Shown: positions 32,579 to 43,311, counted from the stretch's first letter. The stretch: 64,000 bases of DNA from Escherichia coli (GCF_013122565.1 NZ_CP053258.1), one strand, 5' to 3'. Numbers and translations: made by a program. Notes: generated from the sequence alone by a model not told the origin.

Positions 32579-33889
32579 ATGTTTGATTCGACTTTAAATC
32601 CGTTATGGCAGCGTTACATCCTCGCCGTTCAGGAGGAAGTAAAACCGGCGCTGGGATGTACTGAACCGATTTCACTGGCGCTGGCGGCGGCGGTTGCTGC
32701 GGCAGAACTGGAAGGTCCGGTTGAACGTGTAGAAGCCTGGGTTTCGCCAAATCTGATGAAGAACGGTCTGGGCGTCACCGTTCCCGGCACGGGAATGGTG
32801 GGGCTGCCGATTGCGGCGGCGCTGGGGGCGTTAGGTGGAAATGCTAACGCCGGGCTGGAAGTGCTGAAAGACGCAACAGCGCAGGCAATTGCCGATGCCA
32901 AAGCACTGCTGGCGGCGGGGAAAGTCTCAGTTAAGATCCAGGAACCTTGCGATGAAATCCTCTTCTCACGCGCCAAAGTCTGGAACGGTGAGAAGTGGGC
33001 GTGTGTCACCATCGTCGGTGGGCATACCAACATTGTGCATATTGAGACGCACAATGGTGTGGTGTTTACCCAGCAGGCGTGTGTGGCAGAGGGCGAGCAA
33101 GAGTCTCCGCTGACGGTGCTTTCCAGAACGACGCTGGCTGAGATCCTGAAGTTCGTCAATGAAGTCCCGTTTGCGGCGATCCGCTTTATTCTCGATTCCG
33201 CGAAGCTAAATTGCGCGTTATCGCAGGAAGGTTTGAGTGGTAACTGGGGGCTGCATATTGGTGCGACGCTGGAAAAACAGTGCGAGCGCGGTTTGCTGGC
33301 GAAAGATCTCTCTTCATCCATTGTGATTCGTACCAGCGCGGCATCCGATGCGCGTATGGGCGGCGCCACGCTTCCGGCAATGAGTAACTCCGGCTCGGGT
33401 AACCAGGGGATCACCGCAACAATGCCCGTGGTGGTGGTAGCAGAACACTTCGGAGCGGATGATGAACGGCTGGCGCGTGCGCTGATGCTTTCGCATTTGA
33501 GCGCAATTTACATCCATAACCAGTTACCGCGTTTGTCTGCGCTGTGTGCCGCAACGACCGCAGCAATGGGGGCCGCCGCCGGGATGGCATGGCTGGTGGA
33601 TGGGCGTTATGAAACCATCTCGATGGCGATCAGCAGTATGATCGGCGATGTCAGCGGCATGATTTGCGATGGTGCGTCGAACAGCTGCGCGATGAAGGTT
33701 TCGACCAGTGCTTCGGCTGCGTGGAAAGCGGTATTAATGGCGCTGGATGATACCGCCGTGACCGGCAATGAAGGGATCGTGGCGCATGATGTTGAGCAGT
33801 CGATTGCCAACCTGTGTGCGTTAGCAAGCCATTCGATGCAGCAAACCGATCGGCAGATTATCGAGATTATGGCGAGCAAGGCCAGATAA
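32579..33889 (+). CDS. yhaM: UPF0597-family protein YhaM (putative cysteine desulfidase, 436 aa)
   Basis: 436-aa [41 protein letters not shown]... Confidence 0.85.
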   Translation: MFDSTLNPLWQRYILAVQEEVKPALGCTEPISLALAAAVAAAELEGPVERVEAWVSPNLMKNGLGVTVPGTGMVGLPIAAALGALGGNANAGLEVLKDATAQAIADAKALLAAGKVSVKIQEPCDEILFSRAKVWNGEKWACVTIVGGHTNIVHIETHNGVVFTQQACVAEGEQESPLTVLSRTTLAEILKFVNEVPFAAIRFILDSAKLNCALSQEGLSGNWGLHIGATLEKQCERGLLAKDLSSSIVIRTSAASDARMGGATLPAMSNSGSGNQGITATMPVVVVAEHFGADDERLARALMLSHLSAIYIHNQLPRLSALCAATTAAMGAAAGMAWLVDGRYETISMAISSMIGDVSGMICDGASNSCAMKVSTSASAAWKAVLMALDDTAVTGNEGIVAHDVEQSIANLCALASHSMQQTDRQIIEIMASKAR

Positions 33890-33908
33890 ACGCCAGGTTT
33901 TGAGTATT

Positions 33909-34172
<264 letters not shown>

Positions 34173-34177
34173 TGTCT

Positions 34178-34342
34178 TTACGCGGTAGCTTCATCCTCGG
34201 CTAAACGCGTTTCGGCATCCGCGACGATGGCTTCCAGCTCGCTCAACATCTCTTCATAGCCAAAATTTTTGGCGGTGCGAGCAGGTTCTTTCGCCACCAC
34301 GGGCTTCACTGGCTGACGCTTTTTGGCCGATTTTTTACTCAT
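34178..34342 (-). CDS. yhaL: Small protein YhaL (54 aa)
   Basis: Minus-strand ORF MSKKSAKKRQPVKPVVAKEPARTAKNFGYEEMLSELEAIVADAETRLAEDEATA; not in the ORF track (under 60 aa). Confidence 0.6.
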   Translation of the reverse strand: MSKKSAKKRQPVKPVVAKEPARTAKNFGYEEMLSELEAIVADAETRLAEDEATA

Positions 34343-34364
34343 CATCATCTCCCTGTTAAAACAA

Positions 34365-35066
34365 CTAGACAGGCAAATCTATCAGCAAAGCGCGCAGTGG
34401 GGAATCGGCAACCAGCGTAATGTTAGCCTCGTCACGAATAAACGCCCCATCACCGCAGGTTAGCGCCGCTTTCTCTTCATGATGCGTAAGCGCATGAAAT
34501 TTCCCGTGAATCGATTGCAAATACGCGCGTGGCCCATGCAACTGGAAATTCGCACTTTCGCCTTTGTCGAGCACGATATGGTGCAGCCACACTTGTTGGC
34601 GTAATTGCAGGCTTCCCATCGCACCCTCTGGCGAGGCGATCAATTGCTGTTTGTCCATATTAAGCGCCAGCTTTTGAATCAGCGGATTCTCTCGCTGCGG
34701 GCAGGCATCTAGCCAAAGCTGCATTCGCGTTAACGGTTTGTCTTTGCTGAGATTGTGTTCGCTATAGCTGACACCCGGCTGGGTAGAGAGCAGCAACGCC
34801 TCACCGGCGCTCGCCTGAACATGATTGCCTTCGCTGTCGCGATACTCTGCTTCTCCATCCAGAATCACATTTAAAATATCGACTTTGGGATAGGTTCGCG
34901 GCTGAAAGGCAGCACCTGGGGCCAGCACTTCCTGGTTCAGCACGCGCAGGGAGGCATAGCCTAACAATTTCGGGTCGAAGTAGTGTCCAAAGGAAAAAGT
35001 ATACCGGGCCTGCAACCATCCGTAGTCTGCTTGTCCACACTGCCTGGCAGTTCGGGTAGTAATCAT
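34365..35066 (-). CDS. yhaK: Pirin-like cupin protein YhaK (233 aa)
   Basis: 233-aa ORF, pirin/cupin family; divergent from yhaJ. Confidence 0.85.
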   Translation of the reverse strand: MITTRTARQCGQADYGWLQARYTFSFGHYFDPKLLGYASLRVLNQEVLAPGAAFQPRTYPKVDILNVILDGEAEYRDSEGNHVQASAGEALLLSTQPGVSYSEHNLSKDKPLTRMQLWLDACPQRENPLIQKLALNMDKQQLIASPEGAMGSLQLRQQVWLHHIVLDKGESANFQLHGPRAYLQSIHGKFHALTHHEEKAALTCGDGAFIRDEANITLVADSPLRALLIDLPV

Positions 35067-35170
35067 AATTCTTGACCTCTCTTTACTTCCTTTTATGGTA
35101 AGGGGCTGGACGCTACATTGTTAGCCAGATATTCTGCCCGGTATGTTCAAATTTCCTGAATGAGAACGAA

Positions 35171-36067
35171 ATGGCCAAAGAAAGGGCATTAACGCTGGAA
35201 GCACTACGGGTTATGGATGCGATCGATCGCCGGGGCAGTTTTGCGGCGGCGGCGGATGAGCTGGGACGCGTGCCTTCCGCACTTAGCTACACCATGCAAA
35301 AACTGGAAGAAGAGCTGGATGTGGTGCTGTTTGACCGCTCGGGCCATCGCACCAAATTCACCAATGTCGGGAGGATGTTGCTGGAGCGAGGGCGCGTTTT
35401 GCTGGAAGCCGCAGATAAACTGACTACCGATGCGGAAGCTCTCGCGCGCGGTTGGGAAACGCATCTCACCATTGTGACCGAAGCGCTGGTACCGACACCT
35501 GCCTTTTTCCCGTTAATTGACAAACTGGCGGCAAAAGCCAATACCCAACTGGCAGTCATCACCGAAGTGCTGGCGGGGGCATGGGAACGGCTGGAGCAGG
35601 GGCGGGCGGATATTGTTATCGCGCCGGATATGCATTTTCGCTCCTCGTCGGAGATCAACTCGCGCAAGCTCTATACGTTAATGAACGTCTACGTTGCCGC
35701 GCCTGATCACCCGATTCATCAGGAGCCGGAACCGTTATCTGAAGTGACGCGCGTGAAATATCGTGGAATTGCGGTAGCGGATACCGCTCGTGAGCGCCCG
35801 GTGTTGACCGTACAGCTGCTGGACAAACAGCCGCGCTTAACGGTGAGCACGATTGAAGATAAACGTCAGGCATTACTGGCGGGGCTTGGCGTGGCGACGA
35901 TGCCGTATCCGATGGTCGAAAAAGATATTGCGGAAGGGCGGTTGCGTGTCGTCAGCCCGGAATCGACCAGCGAGATCGATATTATTATGGCCTGGCGTCG
36001 TGACAGTATGGGGGAAGCGAAATCCTGGTGTCTGCGGGAAATTCCAAAGTTGTTCGCTGGAAAATAA
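35171..36067 (+). CDS. yhaJ: LysR-type transcriptional regulator YhaJ (298 aa)
   Basis: 298-aa ORF with N-terminal LysR helix-turn-helix. Confidence 0.85.
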   Translation: MAKERALTLEALRVMDAIDRRGSFAAAADELGRVPSALSYTMQKLEEELDVVLFDRSGHRTKFTNVGRMLLERGRVLLEAADKLTTDAEALARGWETHLTIVTEALVPTPAFFPLIDKLAAKANTQLAVITEVLAGAWERLEQGRADIVIAPDMHFRSSSEINSRKLYTLMNVYVAAPDHPIHQEPEPLSEVTRVKYRGIAVADTARERPVLTVQLLDKQPRLTVSTIEDKRQALLAGLGVATMPYPMVEKDIAEGRLRVVSPESTSEIDIIMAWRRDSMGEAKSWCLREIPKLFAGK

Positions 36068-36100
36068 TCGATTAAGCACCTTTCACAAGGTGCTTAATTA

Positions 36101-36469
36101 TTATTCCTGTTCCAGTTTTGGATCAGGTCCAAAGCGGTTTTCGCCTGGCGTACCCGCCTGGCAGTTAAAGACGATGATAATAAGCCAGCCGATAAACGGG
36201 ATTAAGAACAGCAGTGCCCACCACGCCGAGCGGTCGGTGTCGTGCAGGCGGCGGAACTGAACCGCCCACCACGGTAAAAACACCAGAATACCGTAGATTG
36301 TCGTCAGGATGCCTTCGCCACCAGCGCGTTGCCAGCCTAACATTTTATCCAGCAGCCCCAACACGAACGTGAAGATGATGTTGACCAGAATAAACATCCA
36401 GTACTCTTTGCGCCGCGCACGACCCCGGAAACCGACATAATTTTTTAGTACTTTCAGATACCAGTCCAT
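36101..36469 (-). CDS. DUF805 inner-membrane protein (YhaH/YhaI family, about 122 aa)
   Basis: MDWYLKVLKNYVGFRGRARRKEYWMF... DUF805 signature with three predicted transmembrane helices; only one paralogue is present at this locus. Confidence 0.7.
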   Translation of the reverse strand: MDWYLKVLKNYVGFRGRARRKEYWMFILVNIIFTFVLGLLDKMLGWQRAGGEGILTTIYGILVFLPWWAVQFRRLHDTDRSAWWALLFLIPFIGWLIIIVFNCQAGTPGENRFGPDPKLEQE

Positions 36470-36597
36470 TTTTGCCTCAATTTTGCTCAATCACTTGTTT
36501 TTAAAGCAGCAAATTAAGAATAGACGTGAATGAAATGGCAGTAAATATTCGCTCAATGAATTAATAAGGTGCTGTGAAGGATAAGGGCAAGCGCAAA

Positions 36598-36700
36598 ATT
36601 GCCAGAAGCGCTACGTTTATCTGGTCTGCGCGGTCATGGCAACATATTGAATATAAATGTTTTGTAGGTTGGAGAAGGCGTTCACGCCGCATCCGACATT
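36598..36700. repeat. REP/BIME element
   Basis: AGGCGTTCACGCCGCATCCGACA plus a degenerate REP at 36601-36628. Confidence 0.65.
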
Positions 36701-36726
36701 AATAACACGCACTTAGCTAATAATCA

Positions 36727-36753
36727 GAGGCACCTCGTAAGGTGCCTTTTTTT
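36727..36753 (+). terminator. Hairpin with T7 tract at the 3' end of yqjG (convergent/bidirectional terminator)
   Basis: GAGGCACCTCGTAAGGTGCCTTTTTTT; the T-tract overlaps the yqjG stop. Confidence 0.5.
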
Positions 36754-37738
36754 AACCGAAGCGAACATCTCTTCCATGCGGTTCATCGAGATCCTGCCAC
36801 GGACCAATTGAAATAATCCCCGTAGGGTTGATGGTCTTATGGCTGCGGAAGTAATGATTACGGATGTGATCGAAATTGACTGTTTCGGCAATTCCCGGCA
36901 TCTGGTAGATATCACGCAGGAAGCCATACAGATTAAGGTAATCGCTGATGCGGTGCTTATCACACTTGAAGTGGGTCACATACACTGGATCAAAACGGAC
37001 CAGCGTGGTCCACAGGCGAATATCGGCTTCGGTTAGCTGGTTGCCGGTCAGGTAACGATGCTGACCTAAAATCTGCTCCAGTCGCGCCAGCGATTCAAAC
37101 ACTTTCTCCACCGCTTCGTCGTAGGCTTGCTGGCTGGTGGCAAAACCAGCTTTATACACGCCGTTGTTAACGGTGTCATAAATCCAGCCGTTAAGTTCGT
37201 CAATTTTCGTTTGCAGGGCTGGTGGGTAGTAATCACCCGCTTTCGCGCCCAGCGCATCAAACGCGGTATTAAACATGCGGATGATTTCTGCTGATTCGTT
37301 GCTGACGATGGTGTGGTTCTTTTTGTCCCACAGCACGGGCACAGTAACTCGTCCGCTGTAGTGTGGATCGGCGTGGAGATAAAGCTGATACAGAAATTCA
37401 TGTTGATAGAGCGTGTCTCCGGTTGCTCCCGGAAAACTGTCATCAAAGGTCCAGCCGTTTTCAAGCATCAGCGGGTTCACTACAGAAACGGAAATAAAGG
37501 GTTCCAGTCCTTTGAGTTTGCGCATGATCAGCGTGCGGTGCGCCCACGGGCAGGCGAGTGAAACATAGAGATGATAACGATCTTTCTCTGCGATAAAACC
37601 GCCTGTGCCAGTGGGGCCAGGAGCGCCATCGGCAGTGAGCCAGTTACGAAATGCGGAAGCTGAACGTTGAAATTTACCGCCGGTAGATTTGGTATCGTAC
37701 CAGGTGTCATGCCAGACGCCGTCAATCAGTTGACCCAT
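36752..37738 (-). CDS. yqjG: Glutathionyl-hydroquinone reductase (Xi-class GST, 328 aa)
   Basis: MGQLIDGVWHDTWYDTKSTGGKFQRSASAFRNW... with the CPWA active-site motif. Confidence 0.88.
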   Translation of the reverse strand: MGQLIDGVWHDTWYDTKSTGGKFQRSASAFRNWLTADGAPGPTGTGGFIAEKDRYHLYVSLACPWAHRTLIMRKLKGLEPFISVSVVNPLMLENGWTFDDSFPGATGDTLYQHEFLYQLYLHADPHYSGRVTVPVLWDKKNHTIVSNESAEIIRMFNTAFDALGAKAGDYYPPALQTKIDELNGWIYDTVNNGVYKAGFATSQQAYDEAVEKVFESLARLEQILGQHRYLTGNQLTEADIRLWTTLVRFDPVYVTHFKCDKHRISDYLNLYGFLRDIYQMPGIAETVNFDHIRNHYFRSHKTINPTGIISIGPWQDLDEPHGRDVRFG

Positions 37739-37809
37739 TTTTCTCTCCTCCAATAGCAAAAACGAGGAGCGTTTCTCCTCGTTTTAAAATTGCTGGCAAA
37801 CGAAAAACT

Positions 37810-37908
37810 GCCTGATGCGCTATGCTTTTCAGGCCTACGAGGTTTCTGCAATATATTGAATTTGCATGCTTTTGTAGGCCGGATAAGGCGTTCACGCCGC
37901 ATCCGGCA
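37810..37908. repeat. REP/BIME element
   Basis: GCCTGATGCGCTATGCTTTTCAGGC and GGCCGGATAAGGCGTTCACGCCGCATCCGGC. Confidence 0.75.
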
Positions 37909-37985
37909 TGAACAACGCGCACTTTGTCAACAATCTGAAACGAGGAGCTTCCTCCTCGTTTTTTATCGTTAAGTATAGCGCGTGC

Positions 37986-38378
37986 TTACCACTTTTTATT
38001 CAGCAGGCGGTCGATGCTATACGCGCCCGGACCGGTAATTGCCAGCAGCAGGAATCCGCCAGAAATTGTCAGGTTTTTCATGAACATCAGCGAGTTGACG
38101 CCTTCAGCAAAGTTGCTGTGAAATAAAAATGCCGTCAGCAGCGTAAAGCCCGCAGTAAACAGGGCTGTGGTGCGAGTCAGGAAACCGAACAGGACTGCCA
38201 GACCACCACCGAACTCAAGCAGAATCACCAGCGGCAGCATAAAACCCGGGACGCCCATCGCTTCCATATATTGTTGGGTACCCGCGTAGCCAGTAATTTT
38301 TCCCCAGCCTGCGGTAATAAACAGAATCGGCATTAAAATGCGCGCTACCAGTACACCAACATCTTCTAATTTTTTCAT
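37986..38378 (-). CDS. yqjF: DoxX-family inner membrane protein YqjF (130 aa)
   Basis: ORF 37986-38468 with likely start MKKLEDVGVLVARILMPILF. Confidence 0.8.
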   Translation of the reverse strand: MKKLEDVGVLVARILMPILFITAGWGKITGYAGTQQYMEAMGVPGFMLPLVILLEFGGGLAVLFGFLTRTTALFTAGFTLLTAFLFHSNFAEGVNSLMFMKNLTISGGFLLLAITGPGAYSIDRLLNKKW

Positions 38379-38564
38379 CATACTCTCCACTGCGCCACTC
38401 AGGCTGCTGATTGTTTTTTTGTGCAAGGGCGCGGTATTAGCGTCGTTGCTGTCGATGGAGAGAATCATAAACGTGGTGAATGATGATTGTTAGCAAGGAA
38501 AACTGTCAAAAATCTTCAAAAAATTTGAGGTATAAGGCCGGAATGGCTCCGGCCAGAAAGGAAG

Positions 38565-38864
38565 TTAACCGCGAAGCTGTTGCTGCTTGAGGGTCGTTTT
38601 CACCAGACGCCAGGCGCTCCATACGCCAAAACCGCGTCTGGCCCAGCGGACCAGCATATTAGGATGGCGAATCGTCCAGATCGCCATCACACTACTGCCA
38701 ACCAGCGCCCAGGAGCGCAGACTTAGCAGCATATTCCAGCGACGATCGTAAGCGCCTGTTGCCTCCAGCCATTCACGACGACTGGCAGAAAGATCCAGCC
38801 GTTGTTGCTGGATCTGGCTAAGCAGTTGCGCCTTACGTCGTTCACGTTCGACTTTACTGCTCAC
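38565..38864 (-). CDS. yqjK: Small protein YqjK (99 aa, probable GTG start)
   Basis: SSKVERERRKAQLLSQIQQQRLDLSASRREWLEA...; overlaps the yqjE 3' end. Confidence 0.65.
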   Translation of the reverse strand: MSSKVERERRKAQLLSQIQQQRLDLSASRREWLEATGAYDRRWNMLLSLRSWALVGSSVMAIWTIRHPNMLVRWARRGFGVWSAWRLVKTTLKQQQLRG

Positions 38865-39258
38865 GGGACTCCTCCTCGAGCAGCTGCCGATCGTTTGCCA
38901 GCTCATGGCGTGTATGGCGCAGCAAGGTGGATTTACGCGATTTACGTAGCGTCCAGATACCGCCAATCAGTGCCAGTAGCAGCAACACCACGGTGGTGGC
39001 AATCATCGCATTCAGGCGATATTGCGGATCAACCGCCCAAATAATTAGCACCATCAGGCTCATAAGACCAAATGCAGCGAAAAGCATCGTCAGGCCCAGC
39101 ATCAGTAAAAGTTGAAAGAGATTAGCTTTTTCCTCTTCCAGCTCCACCACCGCCAGCCGCAGACGTGTTTCCACCATTTCAACCATGATGGAAACAATTC
39201 GCTGCCCGATGCCCAGAACGCTTTTACCGGGCCCTTGCGCGTGATGAGTGTCCGCCAT
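38854..39258 (-). CDS. yqjE: Inner membrane protein YqjE (134 aa)
   Basis: MADTHHAQGPGKSVLGIGQRIVSIMVEMVETRL..., two transmembrane helices. Confidence 0.8.
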   Translation of the reverse strand: MADTHHAQGPGKSVLGIGQRIVSIMVEMVETRLRLAVVELEEEKANLFQLLLMLGLTMLFAAFGLMSLMVLIIWAVDPQYRLNAMIATTVVLLLLALIGGIWTLRKSRKSTLLRHTRHELANDRQLLEEESREQ

Positions 39259-39260
39259 AA

Positions 39261-39566
39261 TTAACGACGCGACAGCAGAACGCCGAGCACTACACCGATT
39301 GCAGCGCCAATGCCCACGCCCGTCCATGGATTTTCACGCACATACTCATCGGCACGCGCCGCCGCGACACGGGTTTGTTTGGCGATGGCATCACCGGTTT
39401 CACCCAGGCGATAACGGCTCTGTTTCAGTGCCTGCTCCGCTTTGCTACGAATCTTACTCAACTCTTCTTTCGACTTCTCGCCAGATGAGCTAAGCACCTC
39501 TTCCAGCGTATCGGAAAGGGATTTCAACTCAGCACGCAGATGTTCCGTAGTGTGTTCTTTCGACAT
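39261..39566 (-). CDS. yqjD: Ribosome-associated membrane protein YqjD (101 aa)
   Basis: MSKEHTTEHLRAELKSLSDTLEEVL... with a C-terminal transmembrane helix (DUF883). Confidence 0.85.
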   Translation of the reverse strand: MSKEHTTEHLRAELKSLSDTLEEVLSSSGEKSKEELSKIRSKAEQALKQSRYRLGETGDAIAKQTRVAAARADEYVRENPWTGVGIGAAIGVVLGVLLSRR

Positions 39567-39603
39567 AGTTTTCTCCAAGTGAGTAAGTAGTGACTATTGT
39601 GAG

Positions 39604-39972
39604 TTAGTAGTCGCGCGCTTCCAGCTTTTTCAGCTCTTCCTGCGCTTCTGCCAGTTTCCGTTCGCGTTTGGCAATCTTATCGGCATCGCCTTTTTGCTTC
39701 GCCTCGGCTAAATCTTGCTGGCGTTCCGCCACCTCATCTTTCTGCTTTGCGATTTTCTTCTGATGATCGGCACGCAGCTGGCTATCTGAACAGTTGGCCC
39801 GGACTTCACTCAGGGCTTTATTCAGACCGTCAATACGATTCTGGTTTTGGTGTTTTTCGGCATAGCTGATTTCCTTAAGGATATTTTGCTCCTTTTCCTG
39901 ACACAGGGTAGTGGCATAACTACCGGCACTAAGAGCAAAAAGAGAAACAGCTAAAGCGATGCGGTATTTCAT
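39604..39972 (-). CDS. yqjC: Periplasmic protein YqjC (122 aa)
   Basis: MKYRIALAVSLFALSAGSYA signal peptide followed by a charged coiled-coil region. Confidence 0.8.
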   Translation of the reverse strand: MKYRIALAVSLFALSAGSYATTLCQEKEQNILKEISYAEKHQNQNRIDGLNKALSEVRANCSDSQLRADHQKKIAKQKDEVAERQQDLAEAKQKGDADKIAKRERKLAEAQEELKKLEARDY

Positions 39973-40118
39973 TCTTGAACCTTCCATTGTGATTCGGACC
40001 TATTACAAAGGAACGATTGTCCAGACAACGAAGCGGTAGTGTTAACCACCGCCTCATTAATCATAGACAGTTACGGTGAAATCACCAAAGTGAGTGATCT
40101 GTTTCGGATAACAGGAAG

Positions 40119-40502
40119 TTATCCGAAGCGATGAGAGTTATCCCGTAGCCGGGTCAGCCACTGCATAGCCTGACTGTTATTGTCCTGCTGCGCAATGATG
40201 TAGCCTTGGGGCAATGTTCTGTCGAGGACCGCTTTTGCAGCGGCGCTCTGGTCGCTGGAGTCAAAGGTAATTAACAGAGTGTCGTTTTTGGGGGTGATAC
40301 TTTTGAAAGGAATGCCATGAGCGTCAAGGTGATGCCAGATTGAAAAACCGTCTGGCATCGTTGTGCCTTGATGAACGGCACGAATCGCCAGCGTAGACTC
40401 TTGCTGGCGAACCGCGGACCAGGCTAGCAACAGCGTGCCGACCAGAAGTAAAACAGCGCCGGACCAGGCTAGCTGGCGAAGCGACATGCGAGGTATTTGC
40501 AT
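40119..40502 (-). CDS. mzrA: Modulator of EnvZ/OmpR, MzrA (127 aa)
   Basis: [34 protein letters not shown]... single transmembrane helix plus periplasmic domain. Confidence 0.82.
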   Translation of the reverse strand: MQIPRMSLRQLAWSGAVLLLVGTLLLAWSAVRQQESTLAIRAVHQGTTMPDGFSIWHHLDAHGIPFKSITPKNDTLLITFDSSDQSAAAKAVLDRTLPQGYIIAQQDNNSQAMQWLTRLRDNSHRFG

Positions 40503-40505
40503 CCC

Positions 40506-41168
40506 TTACCCCCGATTTCCATATTTCTTTTTCCATAACACGACCAGAGAACCTGCCAGGCCAAACACCAGCAGCACCACCGGGAGCAGCATCAGGCATG
40601 ACATCAGCTGGTCCTCGTACTTTAAAAATACCGGCGTTTTGCCGAGCATGTAACCCAGAGTTGTCAGGATCAATACCCACAGCAGACCGCTCATCCAGTT
40701 GAAGAACTGAAAGCGCGCGTTATTCAGCCCTGATAACCCGGCAATCGTCGGCAGCAGTGTTCTGACAAACGCAATAAAGCGACCAATTAACAGCGCCGAT
40801 AAACCGTGTTTATGAAAAAGATGGTGTGCGCGTTGATGATAATGCGCGGGTAAATGAGATAGCCAGTTTTGTACGGTGCGGGTATTGCCCAGCCATCGCC
40901 CCTGAATATAGCTGACCCAGCAACCGAGGCTGGCGGCAACGGTCAGCAGCAGAATCGTTTGCGGGTAACCCATCGCGCCTTTCGCAATCAATACGCCGAC
41001 CAATACCAGTAAACTGTCGCCCGGTAAAAAGGCCGCCGGAAGCAAGCCGTTTTCAAGGAACAAAATTACAAACAAGACAAAATACAACATGCCAATCATC
41101 GATGGATTGGCCAGGGTTTCAAAATCCTGCGCCCACAGGGCTTGCAGCAATTGGGTCAAAAGTTCCAT
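40506..41168 (-). CDS. yqjA: DedA-family inner membrane protein YqjA (220 aa)
   Basis: 220-aa ORF with the DedA/SNARE-associated motif [17 protein letters not shown]. Confidence 0.88.
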   Translation of the reverse strand: MELLTQLLQALWAQDFETLANPSMIGMLYFVLFVILFLENGLLPAAFLPGDSLLVLVGVLIAKGAMGYPQTILLLTVAASLGCWVSYIQGRWLGNTRTVQNWLSHLPAHYHQRAHHLFHKHGLSALLIGRFIAFVRTLLPTIAGLSGLNNARFQFFNWMSGLLWVLILTTLGYMLGKTPVFLKYEDQLMSCLMLLPVVLLVFGLAGSLVVLWKKKYGNRG

Positions 41169-41512
41169 TCATTATTCCTGGTGAATCGGTTAACGCCACG
41201 CTGGTTTTAAAAGATGCACTACCGCAATGTTATTGCTGTTTTGGTATGTTCTGCGGGTTTGATACATCAACACAGCCTGAACTATTCCCTGTTAAATCGT
41301 GAGATAAGAAAGCATTCAAAAGCATAAATTCAAATTGAATCTAATTGTAACAAAGGTCAACGTTGTTCGTTATCAAAATTACATGTCCGTGGAGTCTGAT
41401 TTTGCTGAATGCAGGGGAGGGTGGCGAGAGGATTTACACAGGCTGACACTTTATACTTTTCGCTTACCGACGAGACAAACAGGCGCATTGCAGCGCCTGT
41501 CGGACAGGAATT

Positions 41513-42289
41513 TCATTTACTGCCGCTGGTGGCTGTATCGAGATGCACCACCGGGTTTTCGGCGAATAGATAGCGGTCGGCATTGAACTCGAAGTCGTCG
41601 CTGGTTTCGTTAAATAACATGATCTTGGTGTTTTCCAGGTGCTGCCACATTGCCAGCTTAGCAGCATGAGGATCTTTGCGAATCAGCGCCTTGAGGATTT
41701 GATCGTGGTCATCACACCAGTTATCGACGGTACGGGAATCAATGTGTTCATGCAGTTTTTTCCAGTACGGGTTATGACTACGCTGGGTCCACATTTTTTC
41801 AACGATGGCCGCCAGGGCGGAGTTCTGCGTTGCCAGAGCTACCTGAATGTGGAACTGCAAATCCCACTCGGAATCACGGAAACATTGTTCGCCGCGCGCC
41901 TGCTCCTGAATGGCCATCAGTTTCATGATGTCCTGTTTCGTCACCTGAGTTGCCGCGAACTCGGCAATATTACTTTCGATAAGCTGGCGAGCCTGGAGCA
42001 ACTCAAACGGACCGTAATTGGCGAATTCCATATTATTGTCCGCCGCCTGCTGATGGCGCGGCTGGTTGGAAACTACATGAATACCTGAACCTTTACGCAC
42101 CTCCACATAGCCTTCAACTTCCAGCATGATGATGGCTTCACGAACTACTGTACGGCTGACATTCTTTTCATCGGCAATAAAGCGTTCGGCAGGTAGTTTA
42201 TCACCCACCAGATAGACGCCCTGTTCGATGCGCTCTTTCAGGTCAGCGGCAAGTTGTTGATACAAACGGCGTGGTTCAGTGATTTCCAT
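41513..42289 (-). CDS. exuR: GntR/FadR-family hexuronate regulon repressor (258 aa)
   Basis: 258-aa ORF with N-terminal GntR helix-turn-helix and FadR-type C-terminal domain. Confidence 0.88.
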   Translation of the reverse strand: MEITEPRRLYQQLAADLKERIEQGVYLVGDKLPAERFIADEKNVSRTVVREAIIMLEVEGYVEVRKGSGIHVVSNQPRHQQAADNNMEFANYGPFELLQARQLIESNIAEFAATQVTKQDIMKLMAIQEQARGEQCFRDSEWDLQFHIQVALATQNSALAAIVEKMWTQRSHNPYWKKLHEHIDSRTVDNWCDDHDQILKALIRKDPHAAKLAMWQHLENTKIMLFNETSDDFEFNADRYLFAENPVVHLDTATSGSK

Positions 42290-42583
42290 ATGCGTCTCCC
42301 GGAGTGGAATGCGGTCGAAGTTATCATACCACTTTATTTATGGGTATGCCATGGGGGGGGTTATTACTGGTATTTATATAAAGTTAATACATATATGTAA
42401 TTTGTATCTTTATAAATTCCTAATTTTTAGCACCTTCCATTGATGGATTTCATATTTTTCAGTAGGTTAAGAGCTGTTCTGTTAAATATAATTTATATCA
42501 TCAATAGATTATTGTTTTGACATTTGCCCCCTCAATCAATTTAATGCACGCATTCGGTAACTTTCGTAAAAGAAAATATCATT

Positions 42584-43285
42584 GTGAAATGCATAAAAGT
42601 TCCATTTATCCTGGCGTGTATTCTTTTTTTCTGGTCAATACCAGGACAAGCAAATATGACGGTCTATCCTATGGCGGTTTCAATTAACAGCCAGGGGGAA
42701 GGAAGTGTTCGCGTAATATCTAAAAGCAATGAAGTTCAATATATAAAAGCGACAGTATTTCGTATTGACAATCCTTCAACACCTCAAGAGCAGGAAGTTG
42801 AAATAAAATCCGGAGATGCTACTCATCTGGTAGTGATGCCGCCTAAGTTCGCGCTGCCAGCGGGTAGCAGTAAGACTGTGCGCTTTGTTGCAATGGAACC
42901 GGAGCAAAAAGAAAAAAATTATCGCGTTAAATTTGAAGCGGTTCCCAGTATTGATGATGTTGCCACGGATAAAAAAGATCTCTCTATGCAGTTAACAGTT
43001 AATTTAATTTGGGGCATCGTTGTTAGCGTCCCCCCACAGGATCCTGTTATTGCTTTAAAAACGAATTCCCGCGGTGAGTTACTTAACGATGGGAATCAGC
43101 GAGTAAAAATTCTTACTGTTGATTACTGTAATTCCGCTTCCTGTAAAACACAGACGGTAAACAAAAATCTCTTTCCAGGACAAGTAAGAACGTTAGACGG
43201 CATATCTGGCTACAATAAAATTGTGGTCAAATATAATAACTGGATCACTAAAGACAACGGTGAAGTTGAACTAGTAATTCATTAA
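42584..43285 (+). CDS. Class 5 (CFA/I-CS1 type) fimbrial periplasmic chaperone, CfaA/CooB-like (233 aa, GTG start)
   Basis: Signal peptide MKCIKVPFILACILFFWSIPGQA; mature region (TVYPMAVSIN...SVRVISKSNEVQYIKATVF...LPAGSSKTVRF...YRVKFEAV) aligns with recalled CfaA motifs. Confidence 0.75.
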   Translation: MKCIKVPFILACILFFWSIPGQANMTVYPMAVSINSQGEGSVRVISKSNEVQYIKATVFRIDNPSTPQEQEVEIKSGDATHLVVMPPKFALPAGSSKTVRFVAMEPEQKEKNYRVKFEAVPSIDDVATDKKDLSMQLTVNLIWGIVVSVPPQDPVIALKTNSRGELLNDGNQRVKILTVDYCNSASCKTQTVNKNLFPGQVRTLDGISGYNKIVVKYNNWITKDNGEVELVIH

Positions 43286-43311
43286 TGTGTTTTTTAAATA
43301 AAGGAATAGTA

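Noticed and set aside
32629-33414. 261-aa minus-strand ORF inside yhaM
   Set aside because: Antisense to yhaM; low-complexity Ala/Ser/Pro-rich translation with no recognisable domain.
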